Shown: positions 22,480 to 35,350, counted from the whole stretch's first letter. The stretch: 63,086 bases of DNA, filler included, from Globobulimina sp. (GCA_003354225.1; 45 parts of 45 records of this genome joined end to end with filler, not necessarily neighbours in it); one strand, 5' to 3'. Numbers and translations: made by a program. The notes: generated by a model from the sequence alone, not told the origin.

Positions 22480-23783
22480 GACATTTTTGTATGTGAATTA
22501 TTTGAATGTGCGGACGTGTGAGCATGTTCCTGTTCGTTTGACAAATCAATGATAGTGCTTGTATCATGATCGTCGCTTAATTTTCTTCGTTTATTTTTAT
22601 TTGGAGATTTTACATTGCATTCGTTTGAGTTGAGGTTGATGTGACTGCGGTTGTTCCATTCGGTGTTGCCTAATGCCCATAATTTTTTCGCAAATGATTG
22701 CCTGATGGATGGTTGCGTTTGGTCTGGAGATAGAGATCTTTTTCGTTTGTTGTTGTGATTGCTATTTGTATTCCTATTCTTGCGTGTTTTCTTAGCTCTT
22801 GTCATGGAACGGGTTTGCGACTCAGTTAATTTCTTATACGCGGCTCTTGGTTGATTTTTATTGAATTTTATCCATTCGATGGATTGGCCGCCGGCGAAGC
22901 CACATTTCATATTCATATCGTCCAAATTCAGGTTCTTTCTAGTACTGATTTGGATTTTTTTCGATACGTATTGTTTACTGTTCGTGTAATTTCCGCAGCG
23001 ACTCATTAAAAAATGTTCTTGCGGGAATATTGCGAATAATCTTTTTTTAATCAATATTAATGTTTTATCGTCTTTACTATCGCGGGACCGATGAAATTTG
23101 GGATGCACGCTGCAATTATCAATGATATATTTATATCCATTATGGATATCAAAATTGCGCTTTACTGGGATTGCTTGGAAGTTAGCTCCAAAAATCTGTC
23201 TAAAGCTGTTGTCATTAATGCTAATATCCGTGATGTTTTTAACCCAATTTGATGTCAAATGGAATAACTGCTCAAAGGTTGGGACGCCGGTTTGCTTTGC
23301 AGCTCGACCGTTCTTTCCATCCCAGGTTAGAGTGATTCGAAAATAGGAGGCTTCGCCATATGGATCGCCGGCAGTAATAAATGGTTGCATATGTTGGAAG
23401 GATTTGGTGTATTGGATGAATGTTTTATAAAATTCATCGGCGTCATCAAACCATGATCCACTGTCTGTGTCTGCAAAGAATTTAATTTGTAGACATAATT
23501 TTTTATTTTTTATTTGAATCATTCGTGCGTCTTCAAACGGTGGTGGTTTGTGCCACGATTCAATTAATTGACGAATATGTATTTGATCCAATGCATTTAT
23601 TTTCTCTCTAAATTTCTGCTCCGATTCTCTCTGTTTACGATTCAATGTTTTCTGCTTTTGTGTAATATTTGGATTGCGCGGATTATTGGTTGCATTGTTG
23701 CTATTATTACCATTATGATTATGTGAATTTGGATTTGTGGCTGCTGAATATGTGCGGCTATTGTTTTGCAGAGTTTGTAAAAA
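22480..23783 (-). CDS. Hypothetical basic protein, possibly a retrotransposon ORF1; internal fragment
   Basis: Intronless frame open across the contig; TYSAA after an N-rich tract; basic low-complexity tail. Confidence 0.55.
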
Positions 23784-23965
23784 NNNNNNNNNNNNNNNNN
23801 NNNNNNNNNNNNNNNNNNNNNNNNNNNTTAATTAATTAANNNNNNNNNNNNNNNNNNNNNNNNNNNNNNNNNNNNNNNNNNNNATTTCATGTAACACACA
23901 CAGGAAAACCATGCTTCTGAGTTCAACCAAAAAATCCGAAAACATTCAGCTTTGTTACACCCAGC

Positions 23966-24964
23966 ATGTCTCTTATAAGTTTCGTTGAAAGTGACTTATT
24001 AGTGGTTGGATACACAAGAGAAAATCGCAGTATTACAGTGCCTATCGTGTTGATAAAATTATTTAAAAGGTATTATGACAATTTCTTACATTGGTATTAT
24101 GACAATGAGCCATTTTTAGAGACGAATTTCCGATCAATTGGAACAAATTATTATCCTCAATTTGATATTTCAAACTTTACCGTTGAATCAAGAAAAGGGA
24201 AATTTAGCGTAGGTATTGCATTTGCATTATGGCCACAGGGTAAGCGGGGTATGCGCATTATAACGACAGAATGTATGTATTTAGAGTTCAAAGTATCACC
24301 GCGATCGCCTGATGCTCTCCCACTCAATTTATTAGGCTATGATATTGATTATGTAATTTCTGGTAATTTAATGAATGAAGAAATCCCAAAAACAGAGAAT
24401 ATGTTAGTAAGAGACCGATATCGGTCTATCGACACTTCATTATCATTTCTAGCATTTTACGATTTAAAATATAACTTTCTTGATTTAAACTATCATTTTG
24501 CAATATCGGCACTCAAATATAATAAAATGAAAACATATTGTTGCTGGACACAGACTTTTGATAAAATTCAATTAAAACAATCCGGTTTGAAAATAAATGT
24601 AAATGATTTTAATAATTGGAATATAAAATCATCGATAACCAGACATGAGAGAGGATATGGAAGCTGTTTAACATTGAATGTATATCCAAACGCATTGCCA
24701 TATCATGTCAAATATTTGAATGTCAGATATTATGCAAAATGTTCACGTGGTGGTCAAACAAAGTCAGAAATTGCAGATTGTGGTAGATCGTATACAGGTT
24801 TCCGATATTCATCGTTCAATGTTAACATGGATTATTATTCGGCATTTTTAGATACAAAAAAATTAAAAATTACATTATCAGTTCAAATACTTAAAATATT
24901 TGACATTTTTAATAAACCAATACATAAACGTGATTGGCCAAAATATGGATTTGTCAAACAATGA
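23966..24964 (+). CDS. GYxR-motif family protein with beta-rich (possibly MATH-like) domains
   Basis: Complete ORF; N-terminal LLVVGYTRE..VPIVLIKLFKRYY. Confidence 0.75.
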   Translation: MSLISFVESDLLVVGYTRENRSITVPIVLIKLFKRYYDNFLHWYYDNEPFLETNFRSIGTNYYPQFDISNFTVESRKGKFSVGIAFALWPQGKRGMRIITTECMYLEFKVSPRSPDALPLNLLGYDIDYVISGNLMNEEIPKTENMLVRDRYRSIDTSLSFLAFYDLKYNFLDLNYHFAISALKYNKMKTYCCWTQTFDKIQLKQSGLKINVNDFNNWNIKSSITRHERGYGSCLTLNVYPNALPYHVKYLNVRYYAKCSRGGQTKSEIADCGRSYTGFRYSSFNVNMDYYSAFLDTKKLKITLSVQILKIFDIFNKPIHKRDWPKYGFVKQ

Positions 24965-24993
24965 AACTTAACTGAACGCGTTTTGAGAGTGTG

Positions 24994-25187
24994 AAAAAGG
25001 AGGGTTTTCGGGCAGAGAAAAAAGGGGATTTCGGAGCGGAAGTAGGAGGGGTGCCGCACCGCGGGATGCCGCACTCGCCTGCCCCCCACCAATGGCCCAC
25101 TGGGTGAGCTGACTCACCAGCACGGATCTTGGACGAAAAAAGGGGTGTCGGAGCCGGGCGAAGGCACCGCGAGGCGTGCCGCCCGCC
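24994..25187. repeat. GC-rich structured segment with a thrice-repeated motif
   Basis: AAAAAGG..TCGG motif at about 24994, 25018 and 25136; hairpins GGTGAG-CTGA-CTCACC and GGCAC..GTGCC. Confidence 0.5.
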
Positions 25188-25287
25188 NNNNNNNNNNNNN
25201 NNNNNNNNNNNNNNNNNNNNNNNNNNNNNNNTTAATTAATTAANNNNNNNNNNNNNNNNNNNNNNNNNNNNNNNNNNNNNNNNNNNN

Positions 25288-25464
25288 GCTCTGTCTGCTC
25301 TTTTGTGTGTGTCGTCTAACCTAAACTCTAAAAATAATTTTTTTCTGATTGATTGACTTGAACATATGTGTAATCACTTTATGACGCTCAGAGCCCACCC
25401 CACACAAAAGAGCAGACAGAGCCCACCCCACACAATGAGCAGACAGAGCCCACCCCAATGAGCA
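25288..25464. mobile_element. Foldback-like element family C (partial copy)
   Basis: Core nearly identical to 35400-35480, with inverted arms built from ACACAAAAGAGCAGACAGAGC units. Confidence 0.8.
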
Positions 25465-25592
25465 AAGTTGCTCGAGCTCGCATATTTAGAAAAAATTAGA
25501 AAATAAATAAAGATGAAATCATATATCAAATATTAGTTTTGTTGTTGACGAATGTCCGAATCCCATTGCTGAAAACAAAACATTTTGAGAGG

Positions 25593-26309
25593 TCAAATAA
25601 ATAACACATTTACTAATAATACAAATACGATGGACATTACAACAGCAAATTGCAGTGATTGACTCCGATAACATTCCTCAATTTCAGTATAAAACGGATA
25701 CTCACTGTCATATTCTTCAACAAATTCACACTGTCCATCCTCAACAATATCAATGATCTCATAAAGAGTGCCAACGTCGCAGTTTGCAACAACATCGCCA
25801 ACTAACTCCATTCCGCTATTTAGCAACGTTGTTGATGTAATAACATCATCATTGCATTTAATCTCTGTGGATGTGCCATAAACATAAGAATAACACCAAT
25901 CGACAGGATATATTTTCTCAAACCATTCATTTGTTTTGGCGACACAGTCATCACTAATTTCAGTGGCATACGATTTAGTTTTTGCATAGTGACAAATATG
26001 CGGTGAATCACAGTTAACAAAGTCATCTCTGGTTGAAATGCCAATGGATTCTACAGATAGTATACCAAGAGATTCTTGACAGTCTTCTCCATCATATTGG
26101 ACTTGAACAACAATGCCATTTATATTGTCACATTTATACATTCTGGATGTTAGTGTATAATTAAAATGCGAAGAAACGCAAACATCAAACACCAAAACCG
26201 GTTTATATTGTTCCTCTTCAAATAAACCTCTGCAATCTGGCAATGAATCTGCAGATAATGATGCATAGAATAATACATTCAAAACAATCGATAGTGAACT
26301 AAACTCCAT
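25593..26309 (-). CDS. Cys-rich cell-surface protein (signal peptide, C-terminal TM/GPI signal)
   Basis: Complete ORF with hydrophobic ends and an acidic Cys-rich body. Confidence 0.8.
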   Translation of the reverse strand: MEFSSLSIVLNVLFYASLSADSLPDCRGLFEEEQYKPVLVFDVCVSSHFNYTLTSRMYKCDNINGIVVQVQYDGEDCQESLGILSVESIGISTRDDFVNCDSPHICHYAKTKSYATEISDDCVAKTNEWFEKIYPVDWCYSYVYGTSTEIKCNDDVITSTTLLNSGMELVGDVVANCDVGTLYEIIDIVEDGQCEFVEEYDSEYPFYTEIEECYRSQSLQFAVVMSIVFVLLVNVLFI

Positions 26310-26469
26310 TTGATAACAATGATTTATATTTTATAAATTAGGAATAAATGAAAATATGACTAGATCACTTCAAGAAAACTTCAACCTAACATCTCACCAG
26401 TTGTATATATCTTGATCAGATCACCGGAATCCGTTATAATTATTAAATGATAGGGCATGATCATTTTGT

Positions 26470-26591
26470 CCCAATAGCCCCACTAATTACAGACCAATAA
26501 CATTACTACCAATAATTTTTAAAGTCTATGAAAGATTAATATTGTGGAAATTAAATGACGATCATAGAATTCGTACAGATCTACATATGGT
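26470..26591 (+). mobile_element. LINE reverse-transcriptase remnant
   Basis: PTNYRPITLLPIIFKVYERLI. Confidence 0.75.
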
Positions 26592-27381
26592 NNNNNNNNN
26601 NNNNNNNNNNNNNNNNNNNNNNNNNNNNNNNNNNNTTAATTAATTAANNNNNNNNNNNNNNNNNNNNNNNNNNNNNNNNNNNNNNNNNNNNGGTTTGTTG
26701 TTTATTGGGCGCACTTAATGGTCTTTCTGTTTTTTGTGTTTCTTGTAAAGTATTACTTTGTTTTGCTGATTGTGGTCGCAAGAAAGATATTGGTAATATC
26801 AGATTTGACGGTGAAGAGTCATGTTTTTCAGTTGTTCGCGATTTGCGGTCTGTTAAAGAAAAGAAAGGATCCGCAATGTAGGTCAATTTAGGCACCTTAT
26901 GTGTTTGTGGTGCCTTGGACTTTGGCTGTCGGGCAGCAGTTTGCCAGTGTTGCAGAATCATCTGAGTAGATTTAAAATATATAGTTGTTGATTATGTATA
27001 TTTTAAGAGTTGTTTGTGTCGTAACTCGTAACATTGTGTACCACTGAAAGTACTTTGTACTCATTTATCTTTTTTGTATGAGAGAATTGAATAATTTTAC
27101 TTGAACATGTGGTTGTAGCTGATGATGATTGTTATTTATAAACTATTATATTATTTCATGTCTATTTAATATCAATATCGCTGTATTTCACCTCCAATAT
27201 TGTATTTTCTTTGATGATGATTGTGGAGAGTTGTTGTTTTTGTGAGAAACATACGTTAGAACAATGACATTGTTTAAGATGGAGCTTTTTGCTTTAATTT
27301 TAAAAAACTTGTACTCAGACTTTGCTGGTTAAAAAAAATCAAATTGGCCAGGTTCTGTCAAACATGTAAAGCAATATATCA

Positions 27382-27995
27382 TTAAATTCTTTCAAATATC
27401 CCAGCAGCACCCATGCCACTTCCAATGCACATACTGACAATCCCTCTTTTTGCGCCTCTCCTCTCCATCTCCTTCAACAACGTAACCGTCATCCTCGTAC
27501 CTGTACAGCCGAGAGGATGCCCAAATGCAATAGCACCGCCTTATCATATTATCCATATACAATCTACAAACACACACAAAAACACATACACACACCGTTC
27601 ACATTTACAATATTCATATCCAGCCCCAATGTATCCACACAATATTTCGCTTGACTGGCAAACGCTTCATTAATTTCGTATAAATCAACATCATTTAAAT
27701 GCGACACACCAATGTGTTTACACACTTTCGGAATGGCATAAGCTGGGCCAACACCTACATACAAACACATATATACACAATCATACACATACAACACATA
27801 AAAACAGACCCATTATTTCCGGCGCCACCCCGCTCACAGCAAACGCCCTAAACCTGGCCATTATTGCCAACCCCAATTCATTTGCCCGACTCCTCTTCAT
27901 CAGCAACACCGCTGCGGCGCCATCAGAAAGCTGTGAGCTGTTCCCAGCCGTCGTAGTGCCGCCCTTTTTAAACACTGCGCGCAATTTACCCAACC
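27382..27995 (-). CDS. 3-ketoacyl-CoA thiolase C-terminal part, introns 27755-27809 and 27540-27595
   Basis: [60 protein letters not shown]. Confidence 0.95.
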
Positions 27996-28096
27996 NNNNN
28001 NNNNNNNNNNNNNNNNNNNNNNNNNNNNNNNNNNNNNNNTTAATTAATTAANNNNNNNNNNNNNNNNNNNNNNNNNNNNNNNNNNNNNNNNNNNNA

Positions 28097-29362
28097 ATAA
28101 TACAATTATTTGATGCTAACATGCCATGTGAAAATATAATATATTCGTTTACTTCGACAGACAGTGTTGACTGTGATGTCAGGTATGTATTTTATGCAGA
28201 TATGGTTGAAAGAAAAATACAAAATGAGTTAAAAGATTACGTTGCATGTTTCGAGAGAATATATATTGATGATATTTTTGATTTTGATTGTTATGGTACT
28301 TTAAGTCCAACCTCTGATCCAACAATGTTTCCTACTTTTAATCCGTCATTGGAACCAACAATTGACCCAACCACAGATCCAACAATGTTTCCTACTTTCA
28401 ATCCAACATTGAATCCAACAATCAATCCGACACTATCTCCAACAAAGCGACCCACGCGAAAACCGACAGCAATTAGGCCGTATGATCATTATTTTGAGAT
28501 TACATATTTTTTAGGACAGTTATTCGATGATAATATATTACAAATTTTAGAATCTGCGGTGTTTGTTTTTAAAAATGTGACATCTTTAATTGAGGAAGCA
28601 TACGTTTTTGATTTGTATCCTTTTTTAGAATTTGCAGACTTTTCATTGATTATCGAGAAAGTGAATAATATAAAAATAACAAAAATTAACAAAAAAAATA
28701 TGGATTTAATTGGTTCAAAAAGTGAATTAACTTTAAGCGGGAGAATATTATGTAATAAATATATTTGTAATTTTATAATAAGTACATATAATGCGACAAT
28801 GTTTGAATTCAATGCACAAAATGAAATAAGAGACTATTTCAATTCCAATTTGACCACATTTTCTGTGGATAATTTAGATACATTGTCTGTCCTAGAATTA
28901 TATCCACAAATTCCATCATTGTGGCTTGAACCAATTGTAATGGCATTAATGATATTTATTTTTTTAATGACAATTTTATCCATTTTAGCATTTTTACACA
29001 ATAAACAAAAATTGTGCAGGTTGCCGGCAACCTATATCGTTGATAATGCAGTTTGGGTTTGTTTTATTGTTCTAGCTTTCCAAATATTTGATTTTATAAC
29101 GGATATAAATCTTTCCTTCGAAATGATTGACGCATACAATACAAATAAAAAGAATGGATTACTTAAAATCTGTGCCTTTTGTTCAGTATTATTTATTGTA
29201 ATTCCATATGTTGCAAATTTGATCATGGCATCAAAAGTAAAAAAATTAGTATCTCGAAATGAAAGCGCAGTCACATATTTCACAGATTATGGATATGTTT
29301 TTGTTTTAATTGTCTGTGGTTGCGGCAGTTGCTATACATCATTGCGATTAGTGTCATTTTAA
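28097..29362 (+). CDS. Multi-pass membrane protein with extracellular PT-repeat stalk, partial
   Basis: TxxP repeats at about 28300-28470, then TM helices (LAFQIFDFITDINL, FIVIPYVANL). Confidence 0.8.
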   Translation: MIQLFDANMPCENIIYSFTSTDSVDCDVRYVFYADMVERKIQNELKDYVACFERIYIDDIFDFDCYGTLSPTSDPTMFPTFNPSLEPTIDPTTDPTMFPTFNPTLNPTINPTLSPTKRPTRKPTAIRPYDHYFEITYFLGQLFDDNILQILESAVFVFKNVTSLIEEAYVFDLYPFLEFADFSLIIEKVNNIKITKINKKNMDLIGSKSELTLSGRILCNKYICNFIISTYNATMFEFNAQNEIRDYFNSNLTTFSVDNLDTLSVLELYPQIPSLWLEPIVMALMIFIFLMTILSILAFLHNKQKLCRLPATYIVDNAVWVCFIVLAFQIFDFITDINLSFEMIDAYNTNKKNGLLKICAFCSVLFIVIPYVANLIMASKVKKLVSRNESAVTYFTDYGYVFVLIVCGCGSCYTSLRLVSF

Positions 29363-30575
29363 TATTGACGTTCTGGATGTTAAGTGGCAGCAAGGCAGAN
29401 NNNNNNNNNNNNNNNNNNNNNNNNNNNNNNNNNNNNNNNNNNNTTAATTAATTAANNNNNNNNNNNNNNNNNNNNNNNNNNNNNNNNNNNNNNNNNNNNA
29501 AAATAAAACATAAAATTAATATTTTTTGTCAAAATTTAAGAAATGGCTTGGAAATTTATTAGAAACAAGTGGATCAGGTAAATTTTCACTTAAAACATGT
29601 TAAAGCAAACACAAAAAGTTTACCAAATTATCAAATAAAGTGAAATACTTATCTATGGTTATTAAACCAATTGTCCAATAAGACTAAATTTTAAATACAA
29701 GTAATAGTCTAGGGAACAGTTTTGTTAGTTGGTGATAGATATAAGTATGATATCTTAGTAATATAAGTGGTCGAAGGATTTAGATCTAGATCTGTAGGTC
29801 GATTGTAATCCGATTGGAAGCTTACGTATCTGAATAATAAAAAACGCACTATTAACTTTACCTGGTTTGCACGAAAAAATTAAACAAATCTTACGCTTAA
29901 CTTTTAGTTCAGGACTTTGTTAGAAAATCTAGTATATAGTAGTAGAATAACGCTAACAAAACGAATAATCAAGGTATGAAAATTTAGTAAACCAATCAAT
30001 AGGAAAACTCGTTATGTGCTGCACGTTCATTGATATGTGTAGTACAATCTAAACCGGTGTATAGCGCACGCGTCAGCTGTTATTTGGCCGCTGGATTGGT
30101 TTTTTTCAATCTGTCATTTTAACGTTATAGATAACAGTTAAGAAATGTATGTACTTGTAACATTTACAATATATTATGTAAGTTGTAATAAAGTAAAATA
30201 ATTTAAGTATTAGTATTTTGTGAATATGGGTATTTTTATTTATGTATAGTCTATTACTTAATCGTTGTTTTTTTTTGGGACACGACAAAGTCATAATATG
30301 ATTCAGATCGGGGAAGGCACATTATTTGAAATTGTTTGTTTTGTTTTATTTCAAAAAGGGACGACATGTGGTATCATAATTACATTTTTGTATTTAATTT
30401 CGTGAATAAGAGTACTGCCACACTATAATATGCTAATTTTCCACCTAACCAAGAGGGCGAAGATAATCATTTTTTTACATACGTTTAAACGGCAAAAATC
30501 GTTAGAATAATAGTCAAAGTTGGTTAGGCTAACTAATTAAGTAACGTTGGCGATGTGGGCTAGTTTCGAAACTTT

Positions 30576-30770
30576 CTGTCGTCTCTGTCTCCTCCGGTCA
30601 GTTTCTGTCTGTCTGTCTGTGTATACGTTTTTCTCTGGTTCCGTCTGTCTGTTTATATGTCTATGTTTCTGTCTATGTTTCCGTCCGTCCGTTCGTCCAT
30701 CCGTCGATGCATCCGCCGTTCGTTCGTCCGTTTGTCCGTCGGTTCGTCGGTCCGTTCGTGCGTCTGTGTC

Positions 30771-30803
<33 letters not shown>
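30576..30803 (+). repeat. Degenerate (TCTG)n/(TCCG)n microsatellite
   Basis: Visible tetranucleotide runs up to the contig end. Confidence 0.9.
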
Positions 30804-30903
30804 NNNNNNNNNNNNNNNNNNNNNNNNNNNNNNNNNNNNNNNNNNNNTTAATTAATTAANNNNNNNNNNNNNNNNNNNNNNNNNNNNNNNNNNNNNNNNN
30901 NNN

Positions 30904-31854
30904 ACCCTATTTCGCGATTTCTGAGCTGTTAATTGCCCAAACCTATCAACACGTACTTTCCTTACTATTGTATCAAACGTCTGCTGATCAATATCTTCCA
31001 ACTGCTCCGGATCAGTAATATTATTTGCCATTAATTCGTCATACAATGCGATTTCCCAAACACCATTCTTTCTCATCCAACCTTTTAATGTGGCTCCACC
31101 TGACGCCATATCTTCATTACGCGCTGATTTTGGATCTTTTTTTTTCTTTTTGGTTTTATGTTTTTTTTTGAGCGATGTTTTTTTAACACCAGTTTTATTT
31201 CTCCATAATCTCTCAAATTTTGTCATTTGTTTTTCCATTCGAATGCGCGATGAATTATCTTTTAAGTCTTTAGTTCGTAAGACTCGAACTCGTCGATAAA
31301 TCTCGTCGAAGGCGGCGTTACTTTCAATGGATTCAATGTCGTCTTCGGTACATATTCCCATAGAAACACAAATCGTAACTAAATCCGTACTGAAACATTG
31401 ATTTTTTTTCAAAAATTTCCTTAAATCTGCACCATCGGATAATGCTTCATTTTTAGCGGCAGCTGAATTTTGGACTGGTGGCCCTTGATCTTCTCTGGTC
31501 GTTTTACGTTTAATTGAAGTTACTTTAATACCTGATTCTTTTCGCCAATGTTTCTCCAATTTTTTCATTTTTTCTATGGTGTTTTTGTTGTATATAATTG
31601 CATGGTATACAGAAATGTATGGCAATATGGTTGAATATATATTAACTTTCTAATCGAACTTTAACTTTTTGGTCTTTTAATTCTTTTGCTCGTTCAACCG
31701 CTCCTTTTCTCCATAAATGATCCCAGTCACTTTGGGTGTAATCTTTAAAATCCTCTGTTGGGTCTTGAACACCTTGAGATATTAGTATGTCATATAGGTC
31801 GTTGTCATAAATGTTTTCTTTTCGCATCCATGATTTTAGATTGTGATCTGCCAT
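30904..31854 (-). CDS. Protein of three or more tandem helical (SAM-like) repeats of about 110 aa, intron 31574-31646, 3'-partial
   Basis: Units begin LKSWMRKE, LRKFLKKN and LKGWMRKN. Splicing gives RLEKKMKKLEKHWR, matching RMEKQMTKFERLWR. Confidence 0.8.
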
Positions 31855-32309
31855 TCGCTTTTAGAGTTTTTACTTTAGCAAAGTAGAGTGTCTGAAAATT
31901 GTAAACCTGATTTTGATTTTGCAAGCATACAATAATATTGTACATAGTACATACTTTATAATATTCAAATTTGTAATCTAAAGAGATAATAAATAAATGT
32001 GTACAATTGCAAGGATAGGATAGTATTAGTATAGGATATGAGCCATCTGATAACGTACTCTGTTTGTTTACAAATAAAAAATAAGCAAACAGAGTACATT
32101 AATTCTCAGAATGTACTTTTTGACTACAAAACAACACTGTTGCTGTTATGAATTAGCATCAGTGTCTGCATCAGTGTCTGCCTCAGTGTATGTTGTAAGC
32201 GTTGCTGNNNNNNNNNNNNNNNNNNNNNNNNNNNNNNNNNNNNNNNNNNNNTTAATTAATTAANNNNNNNNNNNNNNNNNNNNNNNNNNNNNNNNNNNNN
32301 NNNNNNNTT

Positions 32310-33472
32310 ACTATTGCAATACTTGCCCAAGAAGACCATGATCATGACCACGATTATGACCATTTCACGAGCACAGATCTGGAAGATCATCATCACGATG
32401 ATATGGGTGAAAATATATTACCAGCATTTTTAATTACAGCCTTTGCCGGATTCACTGCCTTCATTGGCGCACTCTCCATATTTTGCATTAAAAAAGACAG
32501 CGTTAGCATCATTCCCGCAACATTAGCATTTTCAGCTGGCGTTACCATTTATTTATTATTTGTTAATTTAATCCCTGAATCCGTCACAGAATTCCAACGT
32601 GCGACCGGCGACGAAACCGGCGTAAAATCAAATATTTATACATTATTATGTGTTGCCGGTGGCCTATTCTTTACGTTTGGAATGGAAATGTTATTTGCGC
32701 GGCTTGGTGTTGATCCGCATGACCATTCCCTTCAACATGCTCGCCATTCGCGTACGAGCGAAACCTCGACTTCAAACACTGAAAGTTTAAATATCGCGAC
32801 AATCGAACTTAATCCACCAGACAGCGACACTGATGATGAAAATCACGAAAATAAAAAATTAGCACTCCCTGGACCTGAAGCAAACAATTTGTCGCATATA
32901 TCCTATTCAGTGGCATTTGCGCTTATATTGCATCATTTTCCTGCAGGTATAGCAATATGTCATGTCATATATTTTATGATTTCTATCTGGTTAACTTTGC
33001 AAACTAAATAGGAATAGCAACATTTGTGTCGTTGTATCATGATTTAGAATTTGGTTTACTCGTTGCGCTGGCTTTGGCGCTCCATGACATTCCATCGGGT
33101 GTTTGTATTGCGGTGCCAACATATCTGACAACAGGGTCTAAAACCAAACCATTTCTGTTGTGCTTAATTGCGGCAATCACGTATCCGATTGGCGCGCTTG
33201 TCGGATGGGTTATTATTCAAACTTCGACAGAGGCCGTTGTTGATCTTTTTGTTGCCACATTGTTTGCCATTATTGGTGGTGTCATGTTATATATATCCTT
33301 TGTTGAATTATTGCCAACGGCTATAATTGCTGCCAATGGATTGCATGTATCAAATGGTAAAATTTTAAATGAAAACCGGAAAGGTTTATCCATTGCTCTT
33401 TTGTTTGTTGGCTTTTTAGTGATGGCAGTCTCAAATATTGCGTTAAAAGCTGTTGGTGGTCATAGTCATTAA
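32310..33472 (+). CDS. ZIP (ZupT/GufA-like) metal transporter, 5'-partial, intron 32947-33011
   Basis: His/Asp-rich N-terminus, LAFSAGV, LHHFPAGIATF, LHDIPSG, GGVMLYISFVELLPTA. Confidence 0.9.
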
Positions 33473-33860
33473 TATATAAACGTGTCATCGTGATATTTAT
33501 TTTATTAATATATTTTTTTTTTGTTTTTTTTTTTATTTTAGTTATATTTTTTTTTTTTATTTTAGTCATATATTTTTTTTTATTTTAGTCATATATTGTT
33601 TTGTATAATACNNNNNNNNNNNNNNNNNNNNNNNNNNNNNNNNNNNNNNNNNNNNTTAATTAATTAANNNNNNNNNNNNNNNNNNNNNNNNNNNNNNNNN
33701 NNNNNNNNNNNCATGTACGACGGATTATTTTGCGCAATATAAGAACAACCCCTAACAATACCTGAATTAGACAGTTATTCTTCTAATACCCAATCCATTA
33801 TTCTTCTAAGGTAAGTTTTTTCTGAGCATAATTTGAATAATAAGTTTTTTAAACACCTTC

Positions 33861-34525
33861 ATGGCAATATTGTGTTACCAGCTTATCTCTGCATTTGCGT
33901 TGACCGCAGTATTATTAGCAAACAGCAGTGGTCATTCAAAATCAAAAGACAAACCGCATTCATTGGATCCAAGCAGCTTACATTTACGACGAGATTTGTT
34001 GGATGTAGCTACAGAATTTTTCCAAGGGCTGAAGAACATGCTTGTTGATGGTGATTTGGATGAATATAAAACTTTTGCATATAATCTGTATGTACTAAAA
34101 ATTATACATTGTTATTATATACTAATTTAATGCAAGATAAATAAATCTGTGTGCACAGTTTGGATGATTCATTTGTGTTTCCATCCGATGTGAGCGGAGT
34201 AACATTTTATGGATTGGACGAGTTTTTAGATGAAACTGATGGTTGGCATGTTAATATTATTGGTACATTCGATGTCGTCACAAGTACAATGGGTTCAAAT
34301 ATCATTTATCGAGGCATTGATAAGAAAACAGTGGAAATGGAGTTTCCTGTCAGAACCTTGTTGTGGCGAAATGAATGTCCACAAAATGGTGGTTTGCAAG
34401 GAATCATTGAGGAAGAAATTGATATATTAAGATTACAATGGTCAGAGTCCAATCATCGATGGAAAATACTTTCATTTATTAATCAAGGCGGCAAACTCGA
34501 TAAAATTATATGTTCTGCTGAATAA
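33861..34525 (+). CDS. Secreted protein, possibly SnoaL/NTF2-like, intron 34088-34158
   Basis: Signal peptide; intron joins YNL-LDDSFVFP; ends in a WKILSFIN strand. Confidence 0.65.
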
Positions 34526-35350
34526 CATTTTGCTTTTTTTATATAAATAAGTTAATATTGTATTATAAAAGGGTTATTATCTGTATTTTGTCTAAAACAA
34601 AAGACGTGTTACATACTTACAATAAAAAAACCAAAAAACTACAACATAAAAAAGTAAGTCACAACATGCGCAAAACCAAAAACTGAAAGACAGAAAGGAA
34701 CAAAATAGAATAATAGGTCATAAACACACACACACGCACACATATAACATATATCTCTATTGTATTTATCATATTGTAAACATTTGTTGCACGAAATTAC
34801 ACAAACACACTCACAACAAATCGTTCATAAATACGCATTACTACAATCACTAAAATTATTTTTTACAATAAATTCGTTTTTGAGTCCGCAGTCTCGTACT
34901 TCTTCTTATTTCCCGCTTGTGCCTCAATGGGGGTTATATTTTCCATCATTTCCGGCGATTCCTTCATAAGCGGTTCCATTTCAATTGCAATTGTGTCCGT
35001 TTTTTGTTCCGCTTCNNNNNNNNNNNNNNNNNNNNNNNNNNNNNNNNNNNNNNNNNNNNTTAATTAATTAANNNNNNNNNNNNNNNNNNNNNNNNNNNNN
35101 NNNNNNNNNNNNNNNTTGGCCATATCACCCTTTGTTTGAAGTGTATTCATTTTTTTTCGATGCGCCATATGAAATGAGTGGGATTTCATAGCTTTTTTTT
35201 TCTTTATTTTAATGATCTTTAATTGCTTAAACAGGAATAGGCGTTTGTTTGTGTGGATATATATATAATTAATATATTATCCTTGCACACATGTTTTTGT
35301 TGTGGTTGAGGTATATATTATCCTTGCACTCCTACCCGTGTTGCTATCGT

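Noticed and set aside
29500-30560. Possible small spliced gene and CCAAT-box promoter on the minus strand
   Set aside because: Donor-like and CCAAT motifs are present, but no supportable reading frame could be built.
30547-30855. ORFs rich in SVCL/SVRP
   Set aside because: Translation of a microsatellite.
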